A program made the translations under genes and the position numbers. Shown here in pieces: positions 26,790-36,275 of a stretch of 38,107 nucleotides of DNA. The notes below the pieces were generated by a model. That model made no database searches. It saw nothing but the letters and a program-made list of their open reading frames with translations, and had not been told where the DNA came from. Origin of the DNA: a virus (lineage: Duplodnaviria; Caudoviricetes); IMG/VR virus record IMGVR_UViG_3300021560_000035, positions 1-38,107 of that record; one strand, given 5' to 3'. Position 1 is the stretch's first letter. Each line of letters opens with the position of its first letter.

Positions 26790-27125
26790 GTGGCCTATGG
26801 CGGAGCGCGCAAAGGCGCAGGAAGAAAGAAGAAAGACGAACGACTGGTCGATGCCAATGTCGCCCGGCGGATCAAGGCTCAAGTCAAAGCCGAGGAGCTT
26901 TGGGTGGAACTGGTCGGACTGGCGGTAGCCAAGGCTCGGCAAACGGGAAAAACTGGGGAATTGCGACAAGCCCTCGAATACCTGGATGACCGGGATCTGG
27001 GCCGACCCGTCGACACCGTGAACCACCTGCACGACAAGCCCATCGAGATGAACGTCAACCTGTCGATCGCGGAAATCGTGCGCAAGGTCCGAGAACGCAA
27101 AGAGCAATATGAGCGCAGTCGCTAA
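26790..27125 (+). CDS. terS: Putative terminase small subunit
   Basis: GGARKGAGRK N-terminus; overlaps the terL start. Confidence 0.7.
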   Translation: MAYGGARKGAGRKKKDERLVDANVARRIKAQVKAEELWVELVGLAVAKARQTGKTGELRQALEYLDDRDLGRPVDTVNHLHDKPIEMNVNLSIAEIVRKVRERKEQYERSR

Positions 27126-28644
27126 CCCGCTGGCTGAAATCCAGACCGAACTTGCGGAATTCGTCCATGATCCGCTGGGTTTTGTGATGTGCGCTTTCCC
27201 CTGGGGCGAAGGGGAGATGTCTAAGGAAAATGGTCCGCGCGAGTTTCAGAAGCGCTTTCTTGGCGAGATCCGCGATCACCTCTCGAACCCCGAGACACGG
27301 TATAAGCCTTTCCGCAAGGCCATCAGTTCGGGGCATGGGATCGGGAAATCGGCATTGCTGGCTTGGATTGCCTGCTGGGCGCTTTCGACCTTTGAGGATT
27401 GCAAGATCATCTTCATGGCCGGGACGGGCGACCAGCTCCGGACCAAAACTCAGCCGGAAGTGGCGAAGTGGTTTCGCCGAGCGGTCAATAACGAACTCTT
27501 TGAAGTCAACGTCACCAGCGTCAAGGTGCGCGAGGCCGGGCACGAGCAGACCTGGCGCGGCGACTTTCTCACCTGGTCCGAAGAAAATCCGCAGGCCTCC
27601 GCCGGCGCGCACAATGCCGGAAAGCGCCTGGTGATCATTTACGACGAAGCGGTCGGAATCCACGATGCTATCTGGCAGACCCAGGAAGGCGCATTCACCG
27701 ACGCCGATACCGAAATCCTCATGATCGCGTTTTCGCAGTGCACGCGATCGAATGGCATGTTCTTTGAATGCACGCATGGCAGCCAGCGAAACCGTTGGCG
27801 CGCCGAAGTCATCGACTCGCGCACGGTCGAGGGCGTGAACGTCCAGGAGATTGAGGAATCCATCGCCCTCTATGGCGAAAACAGCGATCATGTCCGAGTG
27901 CGCTGGCTTGGACTCTATCCGCTGGGCGGGGAAGGGAAATTCATTGACTTGCGGCTCGTCCAGGATGCCCAGGAGCGATCGGTTGTCACCTTCAATGATG
28001 AGCCGATTGTCGCCGGCGTGGATTTGAGTTGGGGCGGATCCGACGATACGGTGATCCGCTTCCGGCGGGGCCTCGATGCCCGCTCCATTCCCGCTATCAA
28101 GATTCGGGGGGAGTTTACCGCCAATCCCGCCGTAGTCCGTGAACGTCTGGCCGACATCCTGCGCACGAAATTCGAGGGCCAGTTTGTTTCCATGATGTTT
28201 CTCGACAATTCCGGCGTGGGCGGAAATGCCGGCGCGATTCTGGCGGGACTGCAGGCTCTGGGCCTCAAGAACGTGATGGGGATCAACTTCGGCGACCAGG
28301 CCATTCGGGATCAGTTCTACGCCCTGCGACGGGATGAGATGTGGGGGGCGATGAAGGATTGGCTACGCGATGGCGGCGCGATTGACAGCGACAAGGAACT
28401 CGCGGCGGACCTGCAGAAGCCCATGCTCATTCCGGACCGGGAAAATCGCATCAAGCTCGAACCTAAGGACCTGATGAAGAAACGACTGGCGAAGATGGGG
28501 CTGGAATCGACCTCGCCCGACGATGCCGACGCGCTGGCCCTGACTTTCGCCCTGCCGGTCGAGATCATCAAGCCCGTGCGCGCGCAAACCGCCACCGTCA
28601 GCACCTGGGAGCGAGCTTCTGGAGATGGCGGATGGATGGGGTAA
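27109..28644 (+). CDS. terL: Terminase large subunit
   Basis: Walker A SGHGIGKS, Walker B IIYDEA, nuclease GVDLSWGGSDD and SPDDADALALTF. Confidence 0.96.
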   Translation: MSAVANPLAEIQTELAEFVHDPLGFVMCAFPWGEGEMSKENGPREFQKRFLGEIRDHLSNPETRYKPFRKAISSGHGIGKSALLAWIACWALSTFEDCKIIFMAGTGDQLRTKTQPEVAKWFRRAVNNELFEVNVTSVKVREAGHEQTWRGDFLTWSEENPQASAGAHNAGKRLVIIYDEAVGIHDAIWQTQEGAFTDADTEILMIAFSQCTRSNGMFFECTHGSQRNRWRAEVIDSRTVEGVNVQEIEESIALYGENSDHVRVRWLGLYPLGGEGKFIDLRLVQDAQERSVVTFNDEPIVAGVDLSWGGSDDTVIRFRRGLDARSIPAIKIRGEFTANPAVVRERLADILRTKFEGQFVSMMFLDNSGVGGNAGAILAGLQALGLKNVMGINFGDQAIRDQFYALRRDEMWGAMKDWLRDGGAIDSDKELAADLQKPMLIPDRENRIKLEPKDLMKKRLAKMGLESTSPDDADALALTFALPVEIIKPVRAQTATVSTWERASGDGGWMG

Positions 28645-28776
28645 GTCCGGAGTTTTACGTCATCACAAAGGAGCATCTGACGCGCCTGGCTGAGCTCGCC
28701 ATCGCGCAACAGAATCCCCCGGCATACATGAGCTGTGATTGGCTCGGCCCATTTCTCACAGCCCAAAGGAGACTTC

Positions 28777-29046
28777 ATGGCAATTCAGGTAGCCGAATCG
28801 AATAAGGGCAAGAAAGCCCGCAAAGTCTTAGCCCATCTCGAAATTCATCCGAACTTGAGCGGCGGGCACATGGTCCGGCACGTCTACCACGGCTTCGGCA
28901 ACGAGCCGAAGGAGTACCACTTCAACGAAGACGGCAAGTCGCAAGGCGGCGAGCACATCACGGCACACCTGGCGAAACATGCAGGATTGCCTGGCGGCGC
29001 GCCCAATCCCACCCAAACCACAGTCGAAGAGGAGGCAGAGTCATGA
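28777..29046 (+). CDS. His-rich hypothetical protein
   Basis: AAAGGAGA RBS; start reassigned to MAIQVAES. Confidence 0.65.
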   Translation: MAIQVAESNKGKKARKVLAHLEIHPNLSGGHMVRHVYHGFGNEPKEYHFNEDGKSQGGEHITAHLAKHAGLPGGAPNPTQTTVEEEAES

Positions 29047-29204
29047 GCAAAGGAAAACCAGCGAAACCCGGCATCGGCTCGGGACTGCAGGAAGCGCGGT
29101 CGATCAACACCGAACGCACCCCTAAAAAGAACATCGGCGCAGGCTTGCCGAATACCTATTACGGGAACTCGAAGGCCTGCAATACGGAAAGCGGCAAAAA
29201 GTAA
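29043..29204 (+). CDS. Small basic protein (53 aa, not in ORF track)
   Basis: MSKGKPAKPG..SGKK; ATGA overlap, GAGG RBS, abuts the next gene. Confidence 0.65.
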   Translation: MSKGKPAKPGIGSGLQEARSINTERTPKKNIGAGLPNTYYGNSKACNTESGKK

Positions 29205-29399
29205 GTGCCTGCTTTTCTCGAAGCCAAGCTCCGCAAAAGCGCAGCCGCCGCCGGGAAGACCGGCAAAGCGGCGGATCGCTACATTTACGGAGCGATGAAC
29301 AATATGGGTGCGATGCGCGGCTCGAAAGAAACCGCCAAAGGGAAGCGCATGGAAAAGAAGCATCAGGCGAAAATGCGAAAGCTGAGCGCCCTTGCCTAA
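29205..29399 (+). CDS. Small basic protein (possible internal head protein)
   Basis: K/A-rich; ADRYIYGAMNNMG. Confidence 0.7.
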   Translation: MPAFLEAKLRKSAAAAGKTGKAADRYIYGAMNNMGAMRGSKETAKGKRMEKKHQAKMRKLSALA

Positions 29400-29841
29400 A
29401 ACCCGCGAAGAGATCAAGCACGCGCCGGTCTCCCGCGAGATCTGGCGCAATAACCGCACCCAGGTCGGGGGACTCTGGTTTGATCCGCGGCATATCCGGC
29501 CGCTGGGCGATCACATCCTGGTGGAGCTGGACAGCGAGCCCGGTGCGCCGGAAGGCATCATTGTCGCGCCCGACACCGTACGGAATCAGGAAATCGGCTC
29601 CCGTGTCGGCACTGTTCTCGCGGTCGGACCGGGGAAGCTCGCCGAGAAGCGCAAGAACTCGGAAAGCTGGATGCTCAATCCCCTGGTGCGCAAACCGCTG
29701 ACGCTCAAACCGGGAGATCGAGTCATCATCGGCCACTATTCGGACTGGGAGTCGTGGCACTCGGATTATGAAGGGCGGGACGCGAACATCGTGCTCTGCC
29801 AGGAAGCGGATGTAAGGGTGATTCTCCATGGCAGTTCTTAG
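29392..29841 (+). CDS. groES: Co-chaperonin GroES/Cpn10-like protein
   Basis: IRPLGDHILV..EGIIVAPD..GTVLAVGPGK..LKPGDRVII..QEADV. Confidence 0.88.
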   Translation: MPKTREEIKHAPVSREIWRNNRTQVGGLWFDPRHIRPLGDHILVELDSEPGAPEGIIVAPDTVRNQEIGSRVGTVLAVGPGKLAEKRKNSESWMLNPLVRKPLTLKPGDRVIIGHYSDWESWHSDYEGRDANIVLCQEADVRVILHGSS

Positions 29842-30061
29842 CGAAGCAGCAAAAAAGAAAGTTCCCAAGGGTGAGCGTGGGGTTCCGGGGAAATCCGGGA
29901 CAGGCAGCTATCCCATGCCGGACGCGAAACACGCGAAGGCAGCGGTCGGGTTTGCCGCCATGCACCACGGCAAGAACTCGGCCTTCACCAAGAAAATCCG
30001 CGCGAAAGCCAAATCGCTCGGCTATCTCAAGGGCGGAAAGAAGCTCTCCGACCTTGCGTGA
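29828..30061 (+). CDS. Small basic protein
   Basis: SYPMPDAKHAKAA; Lys-rich. Confidence 0.75.
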   Translation: MAVLSEAAKKKVPKGERGVPGKSGTGSYPMPDAKHAKAAVGFAAMHHGKNSAFTKKIRAKAKSLGYLKGGKKLSDLA

Positions 30062-30083
30062 GTACCCCTGGATTCATGACGAA

Positions 30084-30308
30084 ATGATCTCCTCCGAGGC
30101 GAGCAAGAAAGCGAACTTCAAGCTCCCCGCCGACCATAAACCCGGCATGCGCGTGCCCGAAGGCGGCTCGATGTGCGCCAACTGTGAGTATCTGAAAGAC
30201 GCCGAGAAAGGGCTGTGCGGGAATTCGCATTTCGTGAAGTGGAATGGCTCGGCGAAGATCCCCGCACCCGTTCACGAGTATTGCAGCGACTGGTACGAGC
30301 CTGCCTAA
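30084..30308 (+). CDS. Four-Cys small protein, HiPIP-like motif
   Basis: C-x2-C-x10-C-x21-C-x2-W; alternative TTG start at 30054. Confidence 0.55.
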   Translation: MISSEASKKANFKLPADHKPGMRVPEGGSMCANCEYLKDAEKGLCGNSHFVKWNGSAKIPAPVHEYCSDWYEPA

Positions 30309-32507
30309 ATGCCTATAGTCCTCAGTTCCAAATCGAAAAAGCGCTCGCGCACGATCGAAGGCGATCAGGACCTGATTTCCAAGTCCCTCAAGCGCTTCCA
30401 GATCACCGCCGAGGCGGAATCGGAATGGCGAAGACAGGCTCTGGAAGATCTGCGATTCTCTATCGGTACGGGGCAATGGGATGAAGCCGTTAAAGCCAAC
30501 CGCGAAATTGAAGGGAAACCCTGTCTTACGATTAACCGAGCTCCGGCATTTCTCCGGCAATACACTGGCGAGGAGCGCCAGCATCGCCCCGCCATGCTCG
30601 TATCCCCGGTCGGTTCAGGGGCTGACCTGGAAGCTGGGAAAATCCATCAAGGCGTCCTGCGGCACATCGAAGTCGTGAGCTTTGCCGATGTGGTCTATGA
30701 CAACTCTTACGACATGATGATGCGCATCGGCGGCTGCCCCTGGCGGGTGAAGACCGATTATGTGCATGAGCGCAGCTTCGATCAGGAACCGCGCATCGAG
30801 GCCATCGAGAATCCCTTCGCGGTCTATCTCTCCCCAGTTCGTCGGCCCGATGGCCAAGACCCACTCTGGGCGCATGTGGTCACCGACTACGCGAAAGAGG
30901 ATTACGAAGCCGAATTCGGCAAGACCGAACTGGTTACCCTGAAGTTTCCGACCGAAATGGGGAACTCCGCGCCCGGCTGGGTTACCAAAAACGGCGCGCG
31001 GGTGGCTGAGTATTGGTGGATTGAGCTCCAGCGCAAGACGCTCTGCCTGCTGGATGACGGGAGCGCCGTTCTCAAAGACGAAATCGCCAAGGAAGACAAA
31101 GCCCGCATCGTGCAGGACCGCGAGACCGTCATTCGCAAGGTGCATTGCGTGAAGCACGATGCCATCCAGGTGCTGAAGCGCTACGACTATCTGGGAATGT
31201 ACATTCCCTTTCCGGAAGTCAACGGCGTGCGCCTGAATGTAAATGGCAAAATCTATCGTGCCGGGATGATCCGGGATTACCGGGACGCGCAGCGCATTTA
31301 CGACTTCATGGTCACGCGCGCGGTCGAGCAGGTCGATTTAAGTTCGAAAGACCCGCTCTGGATCGCCGAGAACAATGCGCAGTATGCCGAAGACTATCGG
31401 CAGATGAACCGCAAGAACTTCTCCCACGTCTTTTTCAAGGCTTACGACGACCAAGGCCGCCAGTTGCCCCCGCCCCAACGCGCCGGACGGGAAGCTCCCA
31501 TCCAGGCTATGCAAGCTCTGATCCAGCAGGCCGATTACGACATGAAGGCAGTAGTCGGAATTTACGGATCTTCGCTCGGGGAAGAAGCGGGGAATGCGCA
31601 GGAGTCGGGCTTTGCCATCATGAACCGCCGCGAGCAGTCCGACATGGGCTCGATCAGCTGGCATGACAACCTGAACCGGGCAATTGTCTGGCAGGGCAAG
31701 ATTCTGCTGGATCTATGGCCGAAGCTGATCTCCGCGGCCAAGGTGCAGCGCATCGTCAACCCCGACGACAGCGTAAAGCACGCCGTGGTTTTCAACTCCC
31801 AGCACAGCCCGCTCGAGAATGGCCAGATTCCCCAGGAAGCCCTCGCGCTGCTCAATGCCCAACTGGGGCTCAAGAAAGCCTACGATGTGGGCGTCGGCGA
31901 CTACGACATCACGCTCTCAACTGGCCCGATGTATTCGAGCGCGCGCAAAGAGGCCTTCAAGGCTTTGACGGCGGTGATTGCCGAGAATCCCGAGATGATG
32001 CTGCCCATGGTCGGCGACATCTGGGCGAAAAATGCGGACTTCCCCGATGCGGATGTCTTAGCCTCGCGCTTCAAAAAGATGCTTCCGCCGAACCTGCAGG
32101 ACTCGGATGCCGACGACCTGCAATCGAAGCTTCAGCAGGCGATGGCGCAACTGTCCGCCCTGGGTGCGCAGCATAACCAGTTGGTCGCCGAGCTCAACCG
32201 GGCAAGCGACACGATCCGCACGAAACGGCTGGATGTCGAAAGCCGCGAACGAATCGCGCTGATGAATAACCAGACGCAGCTGATTGTCCAGGAATTGAAG
32301 TCGAGCGCAGCGGCCGGGCAGGCGAAATTGCAGGCCGAGTTGGATGCGATTTCGATGCGCCTCGCGCAGTTGCACCAGAACATGAGCGTCGAGCAGGAAT
32401 CCGGCCCAGCTCCTGATACGCCGGAGCTGCCTGGATCGGTCGAGCCGCATGTGCAGCCGATTACCCCGGCCGCACCGACGCCACGCCCGCAACCGCTACC
32501 GCAGTAA
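30309..32507 (+). CDS. Portal protein, P22 gp1-like
   Basis: 732 aa; GQWDE..R..KPCLTINR; C-terminal coiled coil; synteny. Confidence 0.92.
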   Translation: MPIVLSSKSKKRSRTIEGDQDLISKSLKRFQITAEAESEWRRQALEDLRFSIGTGQWDEAVKANREIEGKPCLTINRAPAFLRQYTGEERQHRPAMLVSPVGSGADLEAGKIHQGVLRHIEVVSFADVVYDNSYDMMMRIGGCPWRVKTDYVHERSFDQEPRIEAIENPFAVYLSPVRRPDGQDPLWAHVVTDYAKEDYEAEFGKTELVTLKFPTEMGNSAPGWVTKNGARVAEYWWIELQRKTLCLLDDGSAVLKDEIAKEDKARIVQDRETVIRKVHCVKHDAIQVLKRYDYLGMYIPFPEVNGVRLNVNGKIYRAGMIRDYRDAQRIYDFMVTRAVEQVDLSSKDPLWIAENNAQYAEDYRQMNRKNFSHVFFKAYDDQGRQLPPPQRAGREAPIQAMQALIQQADYDMKAVVGIYGSSLGEEAGNAQESGFAIMNRREQSDMGSISWHDNLNRAIVWQGKILLDLWPKLISAAKVQRIVNPDDSVKHAVVFNSQHSPLENGQIPQEALALLNAQLGLKKAYDVGVGDYDITLSTGPMYSSARKEAFKALTAVIAENPEMMLPMVGDIWAKNADFPDADVLASRFKKMLPPNLQDSDADDLQSKLQQAMAQLSALGAQHNQLVAELNRASDTIRTKRLDVESRERIALMNNQTQLIVQELKSSAAAGQAKLQAELDAISMRLAQLHQNMSVEQESGPAPDTPELPGSVEPHVQPITPAAPTPRPQPLPQ

Positions 32508-32553
32508 TTCACCACAAACCCAAATATCCGCATACCCACACAAGGAGGAAGCG

Positions 32554-33477
32554 ATGCCATCTGGGATCATTCTGTCGTCTGGTAGTCAAGGCGCAACACA
32601 GGAAGCAATTGAGAAAGTCTTAACCGACCACGGGTACGAAGCGGACAAACCGGAAGTCACGGTCACCGAGCCCGCCGAGCCCAAGCGCGAAGATTTCGAG
32701 ACAGATGAGGCCTTCGAGGCCGCCCAAGAGGAATTCGCAGCGAAAGCGGAAGAGGCCGCCGAAGAGGAAGAGGAGCGCAAAGAAAAAGAGCGTTTAGCCA
32801 AACTGCCCAAGACTTCCCGGCGCCAGCGCGCGGTCGAAAAGGCCACCAAGGAACTGCGCGAGGAGAACAAGAAATTAGCCGAACGGCTGGCGGCGCTCGA
32901 AGGCAAAAAGCCGGAAACCGCCCAGCCCAAGATTGCCGCGCCCAAGCGCGAAGACTTCGCCACCGATGCCGAATACGAGGAGGCGATGTTTGATTACCGC
33001 TACAAGGTCCGGCGCGCGAAAGAAGATGCCGACGCCGCGCAGAATGCGCAGCAGTCCCGGCTCAAAGAGAATTTTGAGAACTACCAGACCGCAGTCGAAA
33101 CGTTCAAAGACGAACATGACGACTGGGACGAGGTAGTCAATCAGCAGCTACCCATCCACGAGAGCGTGTACCTAGCGATCATCGAACAGGAGAACGGCCC
33201 CCAAGTGACTTACTACCTTGGGAAGCACCCTGATTTCGCCCGCCGCCTCGCGGACATGACCCCACTCTCCGCCGTCATGGAAGTGGGCCGCCTCGCCGAT
33301 CGGCTGAAGGGCGGCCAGAAACCAGACCCCGGGGAGAAACCCAAACCCAAGCCGCGACTTCCCGAACCGGTCAAACCGGTCTCGACCGCGGCCACCAGCT
33401 CAAGTCTGACCTCGACGGAGGCCGCGAAAAACCGCGATTTCCGCGCCTTCAAGGCGGCCCAGCGCGCAGGCAGATAA
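32554..33477 (+). CDS. Scaffolding protein
   Basis: AAGGAGG RBS; acidic coiled coil; PKREDFxTD repeat; GPQVTYYLGKHP; between portal and coat. Confidence 0.85.
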   Translation: MPSGIILSSGSQGATQEAIEKVLTDHGYEADKPEVTVTEPAEPKREDFETDEAFEAAQEEFAAKAEEAAEEEEERKEKERLAKLPKTSRRQRAVEKATKELREENKKLAERLAALEGKKPETAQPKIAAPKREDFATDAEYEEAMFDYRYKVRRAKEDADAAQNAQQSRLKENFENYQTAVETFKDEHDDWDEVVNQQLPIHESVYLAIIEQENGPQVTYYLGKHPDFARRLADMTPLSAVMEVGRLADRLKGGQKPDPGEKPKPKPRLPEPVKPVSTAATSSSLTSTEAAKNRDFRAFKAAQRAGR

Positions 33478-33492
33478 CTAGGAGAGTTTCCC

Positions 33493-34764
33493 TTGGCCAA
33501 TCTGATCCTTACCAACCAGGAGATCAGCTTCAAGAACCTGATGGTGCTTGAAAACTCGATCTCCTTCACCAAGAAAGTCATCCGCCGTTACGATGACAAG
33601 TTCGGGCGGGCCGGCGCGAAAATCGGCTACGTCCTCAACATCCGCAAACCCGCGCGCTCGGTCTCGACCGCAGGACAAGGCATTCAGCTGCAGGACTACA
33701 TTGAGCGCTCGGTTCCGCTGGTGCTCAATAAGCAGTACCAGCAGGCCTGCGCCTTCACTTCGTCCGACCTCTCGCTGTCCCTGGACGACTTCACCAACCG
33801 GGTCACTAAGCCCAAGATCGTCCAGCTCGCCAATGACATCGACTACGACGGCCTGCAGCAGTTCGTAAACGTGCCGGCGGAAGTGGGAACCCCGGGAACC
33901 GTCCCGAATACGGCGGACACCTACCTGAATGCCCTTCAGGTCTTGGCCGATGAAGGTTTCCCGGTCGATGACGAGGAAGGGCTCTCGGTCCACATCTCGC
34001 CCCGCATGCAGCGCGCGATCTTCCCCGCCTTGCAGGGCTTGGTGGCAACCGGATCGGGCACGGCGAACTTTGCCTTTTTGCGCAATCTGGCGAAGGGCGA
34101 AGGCGGAGAGTCCGATTATTTCAAGGGCCTGGTGGCAAAAGGTCTGGGATTTGATTGGTTCATGACCCAGAACGCGCCGACCTTCACCACCGGTACCCAG
34201 GGCGGAGCGGGAGCGGTCAACGGCGCCGGACAAACCGGTTCCAGCATCGCCACCAATGGCTGGTCGAATAACATCACGAACCTGCTGGTGCAAGGCGATA
34301 TCATCACCTTCGCGGGCGTCCACCGGATCAATCCGTTGACCCGGCAGTCCACGGGCGATCTGCGGCAATTCGTAGTGACGGCGAACGTCAATTCGAACGG
34401 CTCCGGCCAGGCGACCATCCCGATTGCCTGCGTGGATGGCGACGGAATCACTTTGGCTGGTCCTTACCAGACGGTCGATGTGAGTCCGGCAAACGCCGCG
34501 GCGATCACCGTGCAAGGCGCTTCAGCGGTCCAGAGCTACCGCGGCGTGGCCTTCCATCCGGAAGCCTTCACCTTCGGCTGCGCGGACCTGGAGATGTACG
34601 ACAACCAGCACATCATGGAGATGGCGGCGGACAAGGAATTGGGCCTCGCCATTCGCATGTGGGCTCAGCCGGACATCAATACCGACCGTTTGCTGATGAG
34701 GCTGGATGTGCTTGGCGGATGGTTGACCATGTATCCGCAGGGCGCAGTCCGCGTCACCGCCTAA
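33493..34764 (+). CDS. Major capsid protein, P22 gp5 coat family
   Basis: AKIGYVLNIRKP, LANDID, GDIITFAGV, AFHPEAF and RLDVLGG; AGGAG RBS, TTG start. Confidence 0.93.
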   Translation: MANLILTNQEISFKNLMVLENSISFTKKVIRRYDDKFGRAGAKIGYVLNIRKPARSVSTAGQGIQLQDYIERSVPLVLNKQYQQACAFTSSDLSLSLDDFTNRVTKPKIVQLANDIDYDGLQQFVNVPAEVGTPGTVPNTADTYLNALQVLADEGFPVDDEEGLSVHISPRMQRAIFPALQGLVATGSGTANFAFLRNLAKGEGGESDYFKGLVAKGLGFDWFMTQNAPTFTTGTQGGAGAVNGAGQTGSSIATNGWSNNITNLLVQGDIITFAGVHRINPLTRQSTGDLRQFVVTANVNSNGSGQATIPIACVDGDGITLAGPYQTVDVSPANAAAITVQGASAVQSYRGVAFHPEAFTFGCADLEMYDNQHIMEMAADKELGLAIRMWAQPDINTDRLLMRLDVLGGWLTMYPQGAVRVTA

Positions 34765-34805
34765 CCCGAACGTCAAATTCCCAAAGAAAAGAGAAACCCA
34801 TCGTT

Positions 34806-35645
34806 ATGACTCGCTTCACGAAAATTGCTTCGCTTCTCGTTTTCCTGGCGGGTTTGGCTTCGTTTGCGGTCGCCCAGACTGCACTTACCCAAACCACGCT
34901 CGCCTCGGCAGTTTCCGGGCCTTCGGGCTATTCGGGAACTTCGCCGACCATTTCCCAGTCCGTAACCCTCGCCTCCTGCACGGGCATCGCGGCGCCGATT
35001 CTTCCCGGAACTCCCTCGTCCATTATCTACGTGGGCCGGGAAGCAATGGGCGTTTTCACGGTGAATACGAGCTCTTGCACGCTCACGGTGAATCGCGGCT
35101 ACCTGGGCACCCAAGCCGCTCCGCATCCGTCGGGCGACATGGTGCTCTATGGTCCGAACTACTCGGTAACGCTCGCCCAAGGCGGGAATCCGGTTCCTTC
35201 CGGGCTGTTTCAGCAGGACCCGCCTTCCAATGGGACCTGCACGCCTACCGGAACACCGACCACGCCTTGGGTCAATGTCTTGACCGGCGCGCAGTGGTTG
35301 TGCTCCACGATCACGAATACCTGGATCCCGGGCTTCGTAAATCCGTTGACCACGATCATTGACGTTCCGAATACGGCGGTCGCTTCGGCCGCCACGATTA
35401 CCCCGAGCGGTCCGTTATTTCATCTGACGGGCACGACTCCAGTAACCACGATCACCACGCCAGTTGGCTGTGATGCTACAGCAGTCGGCGGGTGCCAGTT
35501 CACGATGATTGTGGATACCGGAACGGCCTCGCAGTTTGGCACCGGCGGAAATCTGGAAATTGCCGCCGCCATCACTACACTGACCGGGAAGTCCTACACC
35601 TTCATTTGGGACGCTAAGAATTCCAAGTGGTCGGTCCAAGGATAA
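34806..35645 (+). CDS. Putative head decoration protein with signal peptide
   Basis: MTRFTKIASLLVFLAGLASFAVA-Q; TLTVNRGYLGTQAAPH motif; directly after the coat gene. Confidence 0.65.
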   Translation: MTRFTKIASLLVFLAGLASFAVAQTALTQTTLASAVSGPSGYSGTSPTISQSVTLASCTGIAAPILPGTPSSIIYVGREAMGVFTVNTSSCTLTVNRGYLGTQAAPHPSGDMVLYGPNYSVTLAQGGNPVPSGLFQQDPPSNGTCTPTGTPTTPWVNVLTGAQWLCSTITNTWIPGFVNPLTTIIDVPNTAVASAATITPSGPLFHLTGTTPVTTITTPVGCDATAVGGCQFTMIVDTGTASQFGTGGNLEIAAAITTLTGKSYTFIWDAKNSKWSVQG

Positions 35646-35717
35646 GGCTCTCCCTCCTCCGCTTCGGGCGTTGAGCGAAATCAGCGCCCACTCATCTCAC
35701 AAGCAAAGGAAATTCCC

Positions 35718-35957
35718 ATGGCAAATCTTGATGGAACCGATGTGATCAAGCCCACCCCGTTCGACGCGCACGAACAGGCCACGCGCGGCGAGCACGTTCC
35801 CACCGCTCTCGATTCCCCCGATAAAGATCCCGCGACGGTGCAGGAGTACCCGAAAGCCGTAGCGCACACCGATGCAGGCGAACCGGTTCTGGTGAATTCG
35901 GCGGAAGAGGAAGCGGCCTATAACGCGGCAAAGAGCGCCGAGAAAGAGAGCGCCTAA
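35718..35957 (+). CDS. Small acidic protein (EYPK..VNSAEEE type)
   Basis: AAAGGA RBS; shares motif with the next ORF. Confidence 0.7.
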   Translation: MANLDGTDVIKPTPFDAHEQATRGEHVPTALDSPDKDPATVQEYPKAVAHTDAGEPVLVNSAEEEAAYNAAKSAEKESA

Positions 35958-36275
35958 ATGGCAAACATGAACATGGACGATCCGTCCAAGCAGGAAGCCA
36001 TCAGGCGCGGATCACACGAGTACATCCCTACCGCGGGCAAGCATGGCAGCTATGTGCCCAAGCCCTACCGTCACCAGGAGTATCCGAAGATGCTCGGCAA
36101 GTGGCCGAAGCCCGAGCAGAAAGACTTCCTGAAGGTGAACGGGGTAGCGATGCCCGGAGATGTCGCCCTGGCGAACTTTCAAGCGGCGATGGCGGAATGG
36201 GACCGGGCAATGACGGCCTCGATCGTCAACAGTAAGCAGGAAGAGGTCGCCTGGCTGAAAGAAAACGGGGGCTAG
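35958..36275 (+). CDS. Hypothetical protein (EYPK..VNSKQEE type)
   Basis: Abuts both neighbours; likely paralogue of 35718-35957. Confidence 0.7.
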   Translation: MANMNMDDPSKQEAIRRGSHEYIPTAGKHGSYVPKPYRHQEYPKMLGKWPKPEQKDFLKVNGVAMPGDVALANFQAAMAEWDRAMTASIVNSKQEEVAWLKENGG

